Positions 61,495 to 64,000 of a stretch of DNA of 64,000 nt are shown in pieces. How positions within the stretch are numbered: position 1 is the first letter of the stretch; each line of letters starts with the position of its first letter. The notes under the pieces are model-generated. The model saw nothing but the letters and a program-made list of their open reading frames with translations, searched no databases and had not been told where the DNA came from. The DNA is taken from positions 28,646,001 to 28,710,000 of the forward strand of contig NC_087437.1 in assembly GCF_036321535.1 (NCBI RefSeq). The letters are read 5' to 3'. This DNA is from Camelus dromedarius. Taxonomy: Eukaryota. A program made the position numbers and the translations under genes.

Positions 61495-62765
61495 ATTAAT
61501 TTATTCTCTCAACATTATTTATTGAGACTTTTCTATGTCCCCAGTTACTTGAGGAAGTTAAGATAAATTATTAGATTCCACTCTTACTGAGAGTAAGTGT
61601 ACTGGCAGAAAACAGTTGTTTAAAAAGCAATTAGAATAAAATACAATGTCTGCTATAAGAGGGGAGATATAATTGGGCAGCCAGAGCCTTGGGCAAAGGG
61701 GGTGGGATTTAGTTTGAAACTGGAAGGACATATAGAGTAAATCTCCCTACATCGAAGAGAGAATAGCATTTGAGAAGACTTGATATTGGAAAGACCAAAC
61801 TCTAAGAGAAATCAATTGTGCCTCATCATAGCTAATGAATAGTTGTGCCCCAAAATGAGACCGGAGGGGCTGGTACTGGCCCTTAATGGTCATGTTTGGA
61901 ATTTTGGAATTAATTATTGGGACAAAATATTGGGACACCATTGGTTGGTTTAAGTTAGGTGTTTATTACAACCAACAATCTGGCTGGAACATTTATCAGA
62001 TTGTAGACGGCCCTGAGTGGTCATAGGAAATGAGCAATTCAGGTGACAGTGGGTGGCAGGGGACAAAAAGAAGAATAGATTCAGGGGAGACATTGAGAAA
62101 GTAAACCCAACAAGACCTGGTGATGAATTGTGAGTGAAGAAAAGGGAGGAGTCCATGATGACTCCCCATTTCTATTTCCAGTAGATGGTGCACCACTGAA
62201 GAGGATATGGGGCAACTAAGAAAGGGAGCAAGTTCAGGATGAGTTCCATTATGGATGTTTTCATTTGGAGGAGTCTGTGGGGTCTCTACAGGGTTGTTTC
62301 CAGGAGACAATTGACTGTTTGGGCTAGCATTCAATAAAAGGGGCTCATTCGGAAGTGCTTGTTGAAACAATCCAATATCCTTGGTAATTAAAGCACCGGG
62401 AGCAGATGTGCGCAGGAAGTAAATATAAAACTTCTTTAGAAAAGGACCGAAATCAAGACCTGAAGAAACATGACATTTCAGAAAAGGTAAAGGAGAAGGT
62501 TACAATAAAGAGGAGACTTCGGCAAAAATGGGTAGAAGAAAATCATCAGAGAAGCCAAGGAAAGAGGGAATTTGGAGAAGAAAAGACGGGTCAAAATTGT
62601 CCAATGTTCTTGAGAAGTCATGTAATTCAACTTTCTAAAAATGACCATTGACAAATTCGATAAGAAGAGTTTTGGCAGAGTGCTAGGGCCAGAAGAGCTT
62701 TTAGACTGAAGTAAAGCGAAGAAACGGGGTGGAGAAAGGAGCGGGAAAATGGACACTAAGTGTTG
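61495..62765 (-). mobile_element. L2 remnant (several fragments)
   Basis: 'caacattatttattgagacttttctatgtccc', 'aacaagacctggtgatgaattgtga', 'atgagttccattatggatgttttcatttggagg', 'gagttttggcagagtgctagggcc'. Confidence 0.65.
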
Positions 62766-64000
62766 CTGCTTATTCAAAACACTTGTCTGGTGTTTACATT
62801 TGTTCACATGGCGGGAAATGACTGCTGTGGAAAGAAGAATGCAAGCTCTTATAAAAGAGATACTTTTACAGTCAGTTCTAGAAGGCCCACAACTCAGAGT
62901 GCTGAAGTAGGGTGAATTTTAGAGGTCCTCTCTCTGGGTCTAACCAGAGAAAAATCTGGACAAACATTGGGTTTGACTTTCTGTTTGACTTCACTGATTG
63001 AGTAATCCCAGGGCTGTGGGGGCGCTGCTTTAACCCCAACTGTCCTGGGGACGCTCCAACTTTACGCCAAGAATATTTGCCAGCCAGCATCGGAGCTGGC
63101 AGCTTCTGGAGCGTCCGTCCAACTGAGATGTCCAGTTAAGTCCAGCTCTTTTATGGGTGTAGTGGTGGCCCTCCCAGCACTGCCTGGGGCTTTCCTTTCA
63201 TTGTCATTTCAGCCAGTGGGATACAATTTTAAGTAGGATAAGGTTCCCAAAGAGAAACCAAGCCTGCTTTTAGTTTGTAATTAGGGTAGACTTCTTACTG
63301 AGAGCCTAAGCACTTAAAATAATTTTGCAAACGAAGTTGGTATAAATAGAATAAATAAATGCATCCCTCCATGCAGATAGTCCAGAACTGCCTTGACTAT
63401 ATCATCATAAAAGAAGTATAGAGTTTTTTTTAAAAAAATAGTCTATTGCCTGTCTTACTTTACAGTAATGAATTTAGAGTACTGGTGTCCAGATCAAAAA
63501 AATTATCAAAGCTAAATTAATCTGAATGCCACGAGGACTTTTTACAAGTGACCTTTTGCATATGTGAAATGCCGGCTTTGTTTTTGCATTTTTGCAGCCT
63601 TAATGAGTTAAATGGCAAGCCACCTCTTTTTCTTGGGGCAGCGCCACCATTCGGGCAGCTCCAGAAAACTGTAGTCCTTCAGTGAGACACCCACACTTCT
63701 CACTGAATTGCTCTCCTCTAAAACAATGAGGCAATTCATTGCCCAAGCGTCCTCCAGGGACAGAAAACACCCGTCCCAAGATGAAATCTTCAAGTAAGGG
63801 AGCCTTTCAATGTTTGTCTAAAACTGTCTTACCCACCCACAAAAAGAAGAGACTATTTACCGCTGGGCGAGTGGACTGGAACAGAAGACAGGAGGAAGGG
63901 AAAGCAGAAAACCGATATCTCTTTATCTGATTCTCCAAACTGAACTCTAAAGCCAGTATTAATCATGGGCAGAAGTATGTCTTGTTCAAACAGCACAGAT

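Noticed and set aside
63010..63656. CTCF-like half motifs (GGGGGCGCTG near 63017; CAGCGCCACC near 63639)
   Set aside because: Only the right half of the consensus matches; the CC..AG half does not.
597..63930. The short ORFs in the six-frame track as host genes
   Set aside because: All are 150 aa or less, and many lie in repeats or low-complexity DNA. None resembles a cellular protein I recognise; only the L1 ORF2 and ERV-L Pol remnants show homology.

Overview
Mammalian (eutherian) non-coding genomic DNA, intronic or intergenic. It is most likely camelid (alpaca/llama/camel). This rests on a remnant of a Vic-1-like tRNA-derived SINE, several young artiodactyl-type L1 3' ends, and no recognisable Alu, B1/B2, SINEC, PRE-1, CHR-2 or Bov-A/tA SINEs. 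I found no credible host protein-coding exon, RNA gene or CRISPR array. The only ORF-track peptides with real homology are decayed retroelement proteins: L1 ORF2 near 24.1 kb and ERV-L Pol near 13.4-14.3 kb. Much of the window is layered transposon debris (L1 of several ages, L2, MIR, CR1, MaLR and MER21 LTRs, ERVL internal sequence, hAT MITEs). The best non-repeat signals are a promoter-like arrangement (GC box, inverted CCAAT boxes, TATA, Inr) at about 55.57-55.66 kb followed by a CpG-rich stretch, a second CpG-rich patch at about 52.2-52.7 kb, a near-consensus CTCF site at 34378-34396, and a perfected hairpin at the end of a MER21 LTR. I see no convincing evidence of a new biological system. 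Repeat family names come from recalled consensus features, not a database search, and boundaries are approximate unless exact motifs are quoted.
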